From Alphaproteobacteria bacterium (GTDB lineage Bacteria > Pseudomonadota > Alphaproteobacteria > MPNO01 > UBA830), in contig OZ251539.1 of NCBI GenBank assembly GCA_965243135.1, positions 5,984,001 through 6,048,000 on the forward strand: a DNA stretch of 64,000 nucleotides. Direction: 5' to 3'. A program made the position numbers and the translations under genes. Of this stretch, positions 52,288 through 60,963 are shown piece after piece. Each line of letters opens with the position of its first letter. The first letter of the stretch is position 1. A model generated the notes under the pieces. The model was not told the origin of the DNA, ran no database searches, and saw only the letters and a list, made by a program, of their open reading frames with translations.

Positions 52288-54423
52288 ATCGTTCGGCACC
52301 GTTCCGCGGAAGAACCGTCGCGCGGCGGCGTTTCTCCGCCTCGCGCCTCCCGCCGGCCGGAGGTCTTCGAACGCCACGGGCGCCGCATCGAGGATCCCTA
52401 CGCCTGGTTGCGCGATCCCGACTGGCAGCGCGTCATGCGCGAGCCTCGAACACTCGATCCGGAAATCCGAGCCCATCTCGAGGCCGAGAACGCCTACACC
52501 GAACGGACGCTCGCGCCGGTCGCGGCGTTGCGCGAGGAACTGGTCGCCGAACTCAGGGCGCGAATCAAGGAAGACGACTCGACGGTGCCGGCGCCGGACG
52601 GCGAGTGGGCGTATTACCGGCGGTTCGTCGAAGGAGGGCAGTATCCGCTCCTGTGCCGGCGGCCGAGAGACTCCGGCGATGCCGGCGAACCCTGTCCTCG
52701 GGAGGAGGTGCTGGTCGACGGCGACCGGGAGGCGGAAGGGCGGAGCTTCTTCGCGATCCGGGGCGCGGCCCATGCGCCCGACCACCGCCTGTTCGCCTAC
52801 GCGGTCGATCTCGACGGCTCCGAATACTGCACCGTCCGGTTCCGGGATCCCGCGACCGGCGCCGACCTCGACGACCGGCTGGAGGATGCGCAGGGAGACG
52901 TCGCCTGGGCGAACGACGGCGCGACGTTGTTCTATACGGTTCTGGACGAGAATCACCGGCCCCATCGAGTGATGCGCCACCGCGTCGGACGCTCCGGCGA
53001 CGCCGTCGCGTACGAGGAAACCGATCCGGGTTTCTTTCTCTCCCTCGGCAGGACGGAGAGCGGGCGTTTCATCGTCATCGAAGCCCGCGACCACGCCGAC
53101 ACTTCCGAAGTCCGGCTGATCGACGCCGACGACCCCGAAGGTCCGGTCCGCGTCGCCTTCGCCCGGCGGACCGGCGTGACCTGCGAGTTCGGCGACCACG
53201 GCGACCGTTTTTTCATCCGCACCAACGCGGGCGGCGCGATCGATTTCAGGATCGTCGAGGCGCCGGTCGCCGATCCCTCGCCGGAAAACTGGCGGGAGGT
53301 CGTGCCGCACCGGGAGGGGCGGCTCGTGCTCGGCATGATGGTTTTCGCGGACTTCCTCGTTCGCATCGAGCGCGAGGACGCTTTGCCGCGAATCGTCGTC
53401 CGCGCCCTCGCGGACGGCGCCGAGCACGCCGTCGCGTTCGACGAGGAAGCCTACGCCCTGTCCCTCGTTCCCGGATACGAATACGCCACGCCGGTTCTGC
53501 GCGTCGCGTTCAGTTCGCCCGTCACGCCGCAGCGCGTCTACGACTACGACATGGCGGCGCGCCGCCTCACGCTTCGCAAGGAACAGGAAATTCCTTCCGG
53601 GCACGATCCGTCCCGCTACGTCTGCCGCCGCCTTCACGCTCCCGGCCACGACGGCGCGCCGATTCCGATCACAGTGCTGCACGCGCGGAACGCCGCGGGT
53701 CCGCTGCTGCTCTACGGATACGGCGCCTACGGCCACGCCGTCCCGGCGGCGTTCTCGCCGAACGTCTTCAGTCTCGTCGATCGCGGTTTCGCCTACGCGA
53801 TCGCGCACGTGCGCGGCGGAACCGAATGCGGCTATCGCTGGTATCTGGACGGCAAGATGAAAAACAAGCGGAACACGTTCCGCGACTTCATCTCGGCCGC
53901 GGAATATCTGCGCGAGCGCCTTCCGGCGGATTGCATCGTCGCCCACGGCGCGAGCGCCGGCGGCATGCTGATGGGAGCGGCGGCGAACATGCGGCCCGAC
54001 CTGTTCCGCGCGGTGATCGGCCAGGTGCCGTTCGTCGACGTGATCAACACGATGTCGGACGAAACCCTGCCGCTCACCCCGCCCGAATGGGTGGAATGGG
54101 GCGATCCGATCCGCGATCCCGAGGCGTTCGCCGGCATGGCGGAATACTGCCCCTACACCAATCTCCGCGACCAGGCGTATCCGCGCGTTCTCGCGACCGG
54201 CGGGCTCGCGGATCCGCGGGTCACCTACTGGGAACCCGCGAAATGGATCGCCGGATTGCGGCACCACGACACCGCGGGCAGCGCGATCCTGCTGCACGTG
54301 AACATGGACGCCGGTCACGCCGGGGCGTCGGGAAGATTCGACAGGTTGAACGAGGTCGCGCTCTGTTACGCCTTCGCGCTCATGGCGGCGGGCCGGGGCG
54401 CCGAGGCGCCGCCGTCGCCGTGA
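52288..54423 (+). CDS. ptrB: Oligopeptidase B (S9A peptidase)
   Basis: HGRRIEDPYAWLR, YGYGAYG, AHVRGG, GASAGG, DPRVTYWEPAKW, AGHAG; start uncertain (see findings). Confidence 0.92.
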   Translation: MVRHRSAEEPSRGGVSPPRASRRPEVFERHGRRIEDPYAWLRDPDWQRVMREPRTLDPEIRAHLEAENAYTERTLAPVAALREELVAELRARIKEDDSTVPAPDGEWAYYRRFVEGGQYPLLCRRPRDSGDAGEPCPREEVLVDGDREAEGRSFFAIRGAAHAPDHRLFAYAVDLDGSEYCTVRFRDPATGADLDDRLEDAQGDVAWANDGATLFYTVLDENHRPHRVMRHRVGRSGDAVAYEETDPGFFLSLGRTESGRFIVIEARDHADTSEVRLIDADDPEGPVRVAFARRTGVTCEFGDHGDRFFIRTNAGGAIDFRIVEAPVADPSPENWREVVPHREGRLVLGMMVFADFLVRIEREDALPRIVVRALADGAEHAVAFDEEAYALSLVPGYEYATPVLRVAFSSPVTPQRVYDYDMAARRLTLRKEQEIPSGHDPSRYVCRRLHAPGHDGAPIPITVLHARNAAGPLLLYGYGAYGHAVPAAFSPNVFSLVDRGFAYAIAHVRGGTECGYRWYLDGKMKNKRNTFRDFISAAEYLRERLPADCIVAHGASAGGMLMGAAANMRPDLFRAVIGQVPFVDVINTMSDETLPLTPPEWVEWGDPIRDPEAFAGMAEYCPYTNLRDQAYPRVLATGGLADPRVTYWEPAKWIAGLRHHDTAGSAILLHVNMDAGHAGASGRFDRLNEVALCYAFALMAAGRGAEAPPSP

Positions 54424-55883
54424 AGGACTTCGCGAGGAGGCACGGCCTCCGCACGGAGGAGCAGGAGCGGCGCGCCGCCGAGGTCGCGAAGGAGGCCGCC
54501 GGCCTGCGGATGATCCGCCTCGCCTGGGCCGACCCGCACGGCGCCGCGCGAGCGAAATCGCTGTCGCCGCCTTCCTTCCGCGCCGCGCTCGCGGACGGCT
54601 ACAACATCAACGTCGCGACCTCGACGCTCGACGCCTCCGGCGGGCGGGTCTTCGCGTCTTTCTCGCCCGGCGGCGGCATGGATCTCGACGAGATGACGGG
54701 ATCTCCCAACCTCGTCGTCGTGCCGGATCCCGATACGTTTCGAAGCCTGCCCTGGGCTCCCGGCGTCGGCTGGATCCTTTGCGACGAATACTTCCGCGAC
54801 GGTCGGCCGTTCAGCTTCTCTTCCCGCCATCTTCTGCGCCGCCAGGCGAGGCTGCTGGCCGAAAAGGGCCTGACGCACGTCGTCGGCCTGGAGGTCGAAT
54901 GGTACCTCGCGGAGACGGTTCAGGAGCGGCTCGCGGCCGAAAACGTCAACAGTCCCGGAGAGCGCGGCGTTCCGATCGAGACCGCGCCGGTCGAGCCGGG
55001 CTACTCCTATCACGGCGAGACCAACCTCGACCTCATGCAACCCGTTCTCGACGAACTGGCGCGGGCCTACGAGGGTCTCGATCTGGGCTTCCGCTCTCTG
55101 GAGAACGAATACGGGCCGGGACAGGTGGAAACCACCTTCGAGGCGGTCGAGGCGCTGCGCGCAGCGGACAACTACGTGCTGTTCCGCACCGCCACCCGTC
55201 AGGTCTGCCGCCGCCTCGGGCGTTTCGCGACGTTCATGTGCCAGCCGCGCCTCGCGCGCCACTTTCCGAGCGGCTGGCATCTTCACCAGTCGATCGCAGG
55301 GGAGGAAGGGAACCGTTTCACGCCCGCGGCCGGCGAAGTCCTGTCGCCGACCGGCCGGGCGTTTCTCGCCGGATTGCTCGAGCACGCGATTCCCGCGACG
55401 GTCTTCGCGTCGCCCACGGTCAACGGGTACCGGAGGTTCCGCCCGAATTCCCTCGCCCCCGACAGGGCCGCCTGGGCGTGCGACCATCGAGGCGCGCTGA
55501 TGCGCGTGATCTCGGACCCGGCGGACCCGGCGTCGCGGGTGGAGAACCGCGCGGGCGAGCCGGCCGCCAACCCGTATCTGTTCGTCGCTTCCCAGATCGC
55601 CGCCGGACTCGACGGGATGGAGCGGAACCTCGACCTGCAACCGCCGGACGACGCCCCTTACGAGGCCGACCGGCCGCGGTTGCCCGCGACGCTCGGCGAC
55701 GCGCTCGAAGCGCTCGAGGCCAGCGCCCTGTTTCGCGAAGCTTTCGGCGCCAGGTTTCTCGATTACTATCTTCGGCTCAAACGCGCCGAACTGGATCGTT
55801 TCCGGCGATGGTGCGAGGATAACGGGGACGATGGCGGCGACGTGACCCCATGGGAGCAGAACGAGTATTACGACTTCTTCTGA
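54420..55883 (+). CDS. Glutamine synthetase-like gamma-glutamyl ligase (AtdA1/TdnQ-like)
   Basis: GTGA overlap with ptrB; GLEVEWY, ENEYGPGQVE, ATFMC.P, SGWHLHQS, NGYRR, RVENRAGEPAANPY. Confidence 0.9.
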   Translation: MKDFARRHGLRTEEQERRAAEVAKEAAGLRMIRLAWADPHGAARAKSLSPPSFRAALADGYNINVATSTLDASGGRVFASFSPGGGMDLDEMTGSPNLVVVPDPDTFRSLPWAPGVGWILCDEYFRDGRPFSFSSRHLLRRQARLLAEKGLTHVVGLEVEWYLAETVQERLAAENVNSPGERGVPIETAPVEPGYSYHGETNLDLMQPVLDELARAYEGLDLGFRSLENEYGPGQVETTFEAVEALRAADNYVLFRTATRQVCRRLGRFATFMCQPRLARHFPSGWHLHQSIAGEEGNRFTPAAGEVLSPTGRAFLAGLLEHAIPATVFASPTVNGYRRFRPNSLAPDRAAWACDHRGALMRVISDPADPASRVENRAGEPAANPYLFVASQIAAGLDGMERNLDLQPPDDAPYEADRPRLPATLGDALEALEASALFREAFGARFLDYYLRLKRAELDRFRRWCEDNGDDGGDVTPWEQNEYYDFF

Positions 55884-55899
55884 CTGCGGGAGACGGGGC

Positions 55900-57243
55900 A
55901 TGGACGGAACGGCGATTCGCCCGAACGATTTCGGAGACCTGATCCGGGAGGATCGCGTGCATCGCCGGATCTACACCGAGGACGCGATCTTCCGCGCGGA
56001 GATGACCAAGGTCTTCGGCGGCGTCTGGGTGTATCTCGGCCACGAGAGCCAGATTCCCCGCAACGACGACTTCGCGCGCACCCGGCTGGGGCTTCGCCCG
56101 CTGATCCTGGTGCGCGATTCGGAGGGGCGCATACGGGCGCTCTACAACCGCTGCACGCATCGCGGCTCGACCGTGTGCCGCCGCGACTCCGGTTCCGCGA
56201 AGGCGTTCCAGTGCCCGTATCACGGCTGGACCTTCCGCAACTCCGGAAAGCTCGGCGGCGTCCCGTGGCCGGAGGGGTATGCCGACGGCGTCGACGATTC
56301 CAGGTTCAATCTCGCGCAGGTTCCGCGGGTCGAATCGTTCCGCGGCTTCATTTTCGGGACGCTGAACGTTTCGGCTCCGCCGCTGCCGGACTATCTCGGT
56401 CCGGTCGCGCGCCCGCTGGAGGAGTGGCTCGACCGCCATCCCGGAGGCAGGGTTGCGTTGTGCAACGCCAATCGCCTGAAGCTGCACGGCAACTGGAAAC
56501 TGGTCTACGACAATTCGGCCGACGGCTACCACGTTCTGTTTTCGCATCGCTCGCTGCTCGCGATGGAAAACCGCATGTCGGAGGGCAAGGGCATGGCGTT
56601 CTACAGGGAGTCGCCCGATACGCGGCCGATGTACGTATACGCCTACGCCAACGGCCATCACTTCAAGGACAAGCGCGGCAACGTCGAGCGCGGCCGCCCG
56701 GGCGCGCTCTGGGAAATCGAAAGCGCGCATCCGGGGATGGAGCATTTCGAGGACAAGCTGCGGCGGGAGCATCCCGAGCGCGCCGACGAGTTTCTCGACC
56801 TCGCCTCCTCCGAACCCGTCAACATCAACGTATTCCCGAATCTCCACATCCTCGGCAACCACGTCCAGGTCGTGCAGCCGCTGTCGGTCGCCGAAACCGA
56901 CACGACGTGGTGGGGAACCGCGGTCGTCGACGACGACGGCGCGCTCGACGGCGCGGTCGACGACATCAACGCCGTCCGGATGCGCACCCAGGAAGGCTTC
57001 CCGAATTTCGGGGAGGTCGACGACCTGATGAATTTCGAACAGATCCAGGAGGGGCTCGCCGCCGAGGAGGACGAATGGGTCTACACGCATCGCGGTCTCG
57101 GCCTTCCTGAGCGCTACGCCGTTCAGCCGGACGGCTCCATTCGGGGTCCCGCCACAGACGAGGTCTTTCTGCGCGAGTACTTCAGGCACTACCGCGACCT
57201 GATGACGTCCGAGCCGGATATCCGGATCATGCGGGAGCCATGA
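55900..57243 (+). CDS. Rieske aromatic ring-hydroxylating oxygenase alpha subunit
   Basis: Rieske CTHRG...CPYHGW; mononuclear Fe site NWK..DN..DGYH...H and DD. Confidence 0.95.
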   Translation: MDGTAIRPNDFGDLIREDRVHRRIYTEDAIFRAEMTKVFGGVWVYLGHESQIPRNDDFARTRLGLRPLILVRDSEGRIRALYNRCTHRGSTVCRRDSGSAKAFQCPYHGWTFRNSGKLGGVPWPEGYADGVDDSRFNLAQVPRVESFRGFIFGTLNVSAPPLPDYLGPVARPLEEWLDRHPGGRVALCNANRLKLHGNWKLVYDNSADGYHVLFSHRSLLAMENRMSEGKGMAFYRESPDTRPMYVYAYANGHHFKDKRGNVERGRPGALWEIESAHPGMEHFEDKLRREHPERADEFLDLASSEPVNINVFPNLHILGNHVQVVQPLSVAETDTTWWGTAVVDDDGALDGAVDDINAVRMRTQEGFPNFGEVDDLMNFEQIQEGLAAEEDEWVYTHRGLGLPERYAVQPDGSIRGPATDEVFLREYFRHYRDLMTSEPDIRIMREP

Positions 57244-57292
57244 ATTTCCGTCCGTCGGTCGCCGCGCCGCGTTCCGTTTCCGGAGAGGGTCG

Positions 57293-57877
57293 GTGAAGGC
57301 GCGTTCCCCGTCCGAAAGCTCCCACTACGTGAGCGCCGAATTCTATCGCGATCTGATCGCGAACTTTACCGGGTGGGCGACCGACGACGCCGAGGCGTCC
57401 GATTCCGGGCTTCGCGATTCCTGCCGGCGGCTCCTCGAGAAGGAAGCCCGCCTGCTCGACGAAGCCCGCCACGAGGACTGGCTCGCCCTCTACGCCGACG
57501 AGTGCCTCTACTGGGTGCCGGCTTCCCCCGGCGGCGGCGACCCGCGAAAGGAAGTCGCCGTCGCCTTCGACGACCGGCGCCGTCTGGAGGACCGGATCTA
57601 CCGGCTTCGCAGCGAGTACGCCTGGTCGCAGCAGCCCGCGTCCCGCACCAGCCGGATCGTTTCCAACGTCGCCGCGTACCTTACCCGCGATGCCGACATC
57701 GTGATGGCGCGGTCGAATTTCCTGACTTCGGAATTCCAGGACGGCGATTACCGCACGTGGGCGGGATGGTATGCGCACCGTCTGCGCCGACGGGCGGATT
57801 CCTGGGAAATCCTCGTCAAGCAGGTCAACCTCATCGACTGCGACCGGAATCTCCGCAATCCCAGCATAACGCTCTGA
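57293..57877 (+). CDS. Ring-hydroxylating oxygenase beta subunit
   Basis: EARLLD..WL.LY...YWVP, LEDRIYR, SRTSR.VSN, K.VNLIDCD. Confidence 0.92.
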   Translation: MKARSPSESSHYVSAEFYRDLIANFTGWATDDAEASDSGLRDSCRRLLEKEARLLDEARHEDWLALYADECLYWVPASPGGGDPRKEVAVAFDDRRRLEDRIYRLRSEYAWSQQPASRTSRIVSNVAAYLTRDADIVMARSNFLTSEFQDGDYRTWAGWYAHRLRRRADSWEILVKQVNLIDCDRNLRNPSITL

Positions 57878-57894
57878 AGCGAGCGGCGGCCGGA

Positions 57895-58347
57895 CTACGC
57901 CAACCGGTCGAGGTCCGCGAGCACCTGCGCCGGATGGTCCGCGGGTTTCACCTGCTCGTAAGCCGCGGCGACGCGGCCGTCCGGTCCGATAAGGATCGAT
58001 TTGCGCGGCGCGCGCGGACTGTCCGGCGCGGACACGCCGCAGGCCACGGAAACGGACCCGTCCTCGTCGCTCAGCAAATCGAAAGGGAAGGAGAATTTCT
58101 CTCGGAACGCCTTGTTGCTCGCCGGGCTGTCGTAGCTGACGCCGACGACGGAGGCGTTGCGCGTTTCGAAGTCCTGGATTCTGTCACGGAATCCTTTGCC
58201 TTCGATGGTTCATCCGGGCGTGTCGGCCTTTGGATACCACCAGAGCAGAACGTAACGGCCGGTGAAATCGTCCTTCTTCACCGTCGTTCCGTCCTGATTC
58301 GGAAGAGCGAAATCGGGCGCGTCGGCGCCCGTCGGGATCAACGCCAT
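57895..58347 (-). CDS. Selenocysteine-containing peroxiredoxin (BCP/PrxQ type), in-frame TGA at 58210-58212
   Basis: APDFALPNQDG..WYPKADTPG-(TGA)-TIEGKGFRD..VGVSYDS..F.F.LLSD..R.SILIGPDG; frame continues through the TGA; RBS GGAG. Confidence 0.9.
58176..58194 (-). promoter_or_regulatory. Candidate bacterial SECIS hairpin
   Basis: mRNA GGAUUC-CGUGACA-GAAUCC, perfect 6-bp stem starting 16 nt after the UGA, G-containing loop. Confidence 0.65.
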
Positions 58348-58403
58348 GCGGGCATCTCCGTGCTGGGGAACGCGCTCGCGGCGCGTCCGGTTCTCGGGGC
58401 GGG

Positions 58404-58580
58404 TCAGAAGTAGTCGGGCGCGCTGCGCTTCCGGCATCTCAGGCAGAGGCGGTTGTGCCAGCCCTCGCTCATGAACTTTTCGCCGCAGGAGAGGCAGCTT
58501 CGCTCTCCGGGGACATTGTGCGCGGCCTTGTGGTCGTCTTCGACGAATTCATCGTCCTGCAGCATCGATGTTTCATTCAT
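58404..58580 (-). CDS. Small C4 zinc-ribbon protein (58 aa)
   Basis: RSCLSCGEKFMSEGWHNRLCLRCR: CxxC-x13-CxxC; acidic N-terminus. Confidence 0.75.
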   Translation of the reverse strand: MNETSMLQDDEFVEDDHKAAHNVPGERSCLSCGEKFMSEGWHNRLCLRCRKRSAPDYF

Positions 58581-58655
58581 GCCCGTTGTCCCAATCTTAT
58601 CGTTTGTTTCGTTGCCCCGGATCGTCCGAGGGCGCCGTGCGGTGTCGCCGCGCCT

Positions 58656-58770
58656 CCGCGCATCTCCCTTCGCCGAGCGCGCGGAGAGGATTATTTTTTC
58701 GGGACGCCCGCTCGAAAGCCTGCACCCCTTCCTCTTCCGCGCCGGAACGGTTTTCCACCGCAGCCTCGAA
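58656..58770. repeat. Imperfect ~115-bp direct repeat, copy 1
   Basis: Aligns with 59851-59964; identical 24-mer ttccgcgccggaacggttttccac at 58735-58758 and 59929-59952. Confidence 0.85.
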
Positions 58771-59064
58771 GACAGGTTACAGAAAACGCGGAGCGTGCGC
58801 AATCGCCCTGGGGGACGGCGCGAGCGGCCTTCGGCGGCGCCGTTTTCGCTCGAGCGGCGAGTCGACGGCTCCAGGTCGACGGGCGGGTCGGAGAGCGCGG
58901 CGTTCCGGCGCGTCGCGCTTCAGGCTTGAACAGGCGGGGCGTTGCGCGATCATGCGTTGCAGGCGATGCTCATGGTCGCGCTGTCCGCTGGTTCGTTCGC
59001 CTGTCGTCAGCGCCTGAGTGCGTCATTCACGCGTTGCCAACAATGACGCAGAATGGAGAGCATC

Positions 59065-59814
59065 ATGCCCGGCATCGTCGATATCCTGCGGAACGATCCG
59101 GAACCGTTCCCCGAATGGTTGGCCGCCAGCCCGCCGCGCTTCGATCGCGAGAAATTCTTCGCCTGCCGTACCGTCTATTATCCGGGTAGCGGAGACGATG
59201 GCCAGCCAGTGAAGCTCTGCGCGTTGGCCCACGCCGCGCACGCGTTCCTCTATGTCGACCAGAGTGTGGAACGGGAAACGCTCGCCGAAACCCTGCGCAA
59301 CCCGGAGAGGGGCCTTCGCGGCTATGCGGTCGTCCATCAGGAACAGCTGACGGAGGACAGGTTGCGGCCGGGCGGGTGGACGCCGCACGTTTCCCCGGAA
59401 GAGGCGCAGCGCTCCACCCGTTTCAAGGATAGCTTTGCAGTTCCGTTCGCATGGTTCGTTGCATTCGACCGGCAGGAGGGCTTCGGCGACGACCACGGGC
59501 CGGAGCGCCTCGCGATCCTGTTCGTCGGCGGCGACGGCGTCGCCAGCTACGATGCCCTCTATTGCCAAGAGGACGGTACGCCGCCGCCGTTCCTGGCGGT
59601 TATCCAGGACCATGGTTTCGGCGGCAGTTACACGAGCTTTGGCGATGGAGGGATTCTGGCGAGAATCGCCCGAGAGCGCCGGATTCTGCCAGCGTATCTG
59701 TTGGTCGCGAGAAACTCCAGACCGTGGTCAGGCTATGCGGACACCGGCGCTATCGCCGAACCTGGCGGTATGCATGCGCATCTGAGGCGCCTTTTCCGTC
59801 GCAATCCCCCATAG
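59065..59814 (+). CDS. Hypothetical protein, possible SAM-binding Rossmann-like fold
   Basis: RBS GGAGAG; protein-like composition; TVYYPGSGDDG followed by FLYVD. Confidence 0.75.
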   Translation: MPGIVDILRNDPEPFPEWLAASPPRFDREKFFACRTVYYPGSGDDGQPVKLCALAHAAHAFLYVDQSVERETLAETLRNPERGLRGYAVVHQEQLTEDRLRPGGWTPHVSPEEAQRSTRFKDSFAVPFAWFVAFDRQEGFGDDHGPERLAILFVGGDGVASYDALYCQEDGTPPPFLAVIQDHGFGGSYTSFGDGGILARIARERRILPAYLLVARNSRPWSGYADTGAIAEPGGMHAHLRRLFRRNPP

Positions 59815-59850
59815 CGGCCGGAATCGATCTTCGCCGGACAGCGTTGCGTT

Positions 59851-59964
59851 CCGCGTCTTTCCCTTCTCCGAGTTCGCAGAAGGATTGTTTCCGGGACGTC
59901 CGCTCGCAAGCCGACGCTCCCATTCCTTTTCCGCGCCGGAACGGTTTTCCACTGTGGCCTCGAA
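59851..59964. repeat. Imperfect ~115-bp direct repeat, copy 2
   Basis: Aligns with 58656-58770. Confidence 0.85.
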
Positions 59965-60044
59965 AAGGGCCCGCTATCAACTCGGGATGGGTTGGCCGGT
60001 GAGTCAGGGCGCTGGGGCGGCGGCGGCGAACGCCCTGACATAAG

Positions 60045-60330
60045 CGCACGCCAAGTGAGCGTATCGCGCCGCCGTCCGAACCTGCGTGGCCCGAGCAACT
60101 TTTCGATCGTCGGCAGGCTCTTGCCAAGAGCCTGCGCTCGCGAAACCAAGCTGTGCCGCAAGCCGTGGACGCGGATGTCGCCCGAACCGGCGCGCTGCGT
60201 CGCCGGGAGCGCTGCAGGTCGGCGAGATGGGCGCTTGGCTTCCTGTCGGAAATGACCCGAAGATTGTCCAGGTCGCGGGGTAGGGCGGTGAGCAACCTCG
60301 CCGCCGCGCGCGACAACGTTGCCATCGCCG
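60045..60330 (-). pseudogene. Tyrosine recombinase/integrase C-terminal remnant
   Basis: Across three frames: AARLLTALPR..RKP..HL.DLQ; DIRVHGLRHSLVSRAQALGKSLPTIEKLLG; TQVRTAARYAHLA (HxLRH, LLG[H], catalytic Tyr). Confidence 0.85.
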
Positions 60331-60466
60331 GTCTTGTCGTCGGGCGATTCGCCCGCCTCCAGGTCCAAGTTCTCCTGACGAAGCGCGTCGACGGGCGCGT
60401 CGGAGAGCGCGGCGTCCCGTTTCCGGAGCGTCGCGCATCAAACCCGAAGACGCCGCCGCCGAACGG

Positions 60467-60889
60467 CTAAAAGGATCGGGATCCCGTAATCGCGGCGATG
60501 GCGGCGGTGGCCACCTCGAGGTCCTGCTCGCCGGTGCCGGATCCCACGCCGACTCCCCCGATGCAATCGCCGTCGACGACGATGGGCAGCCCGCCGGGCA
60601 GGTTGATGCGCTCGCCGTCGGTGCCGACCGCGAGCTTCATGTCGATGCCTTCGGCGATTCCGCCGGTCGGCGCTCCGTAGCAGGCGGCCGTGCGCGCCTT
60701 TCTCAGCGAGGTCTGCATGGACATGTGGAACGCGCCGTCCATGCGTGCGAACGCGAGCAGGTGGCCGCCCTCGTCGACTACCGAGATGCACTGCGGCTGC
60801 CCCATTGCGGCGGCCTTCGCGATCCCCGCGTGGAGCGCCTTGAGCGCGCCTTCATGCGTCAGTTTCAGTTTTCGCGCCGTTTCGCTCAT
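60467..60889 (-). CDS. GlcG/HbpS family heme-binding protein
   Basis: ISVVDEGGHLLAFARMDGA, KARTA, GGLPI..G..IGGVGVG. Confidence 0.92.
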   Translation of the reverse strand: MSETARKLKLTHEGALKALHAGIAKAAAMGQPQCISVVDEGGHLLAFARMDGAFHMSMQTSLRKARTAACYGAPTGGIAEGIDMKLAVGTDGERINLPGGLPIVVDGDCIGGVGVGSGTGEQDLEVATAAIAAITGSRSF

Positions 60890-60963
60890 CCGTCCTCTCC
60901 CTGTCCGGTCGGCTTCGCGCCGCCTCGTCTCGAATCGTCGGCAGTCTTCCGGCAAAGGCGCAA

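Noticed and set aside
50703-55883. 1726-aa ORF ending in a glutamine synthetase domain
   Set aside because: It runs antisense to folD/yggT, through the tRNA and out of frame over ptrB; only 54420 onward is protein-like. GC-rich stop-codon scarcity explains it.
52191-60440. Genomic island integrated at tRNA-Ala
   Set aside because: I could not find a duplicated tRNA 3' end; the genes after the tRNA have host-like composition and the integrase remnant is ~8 kb away.
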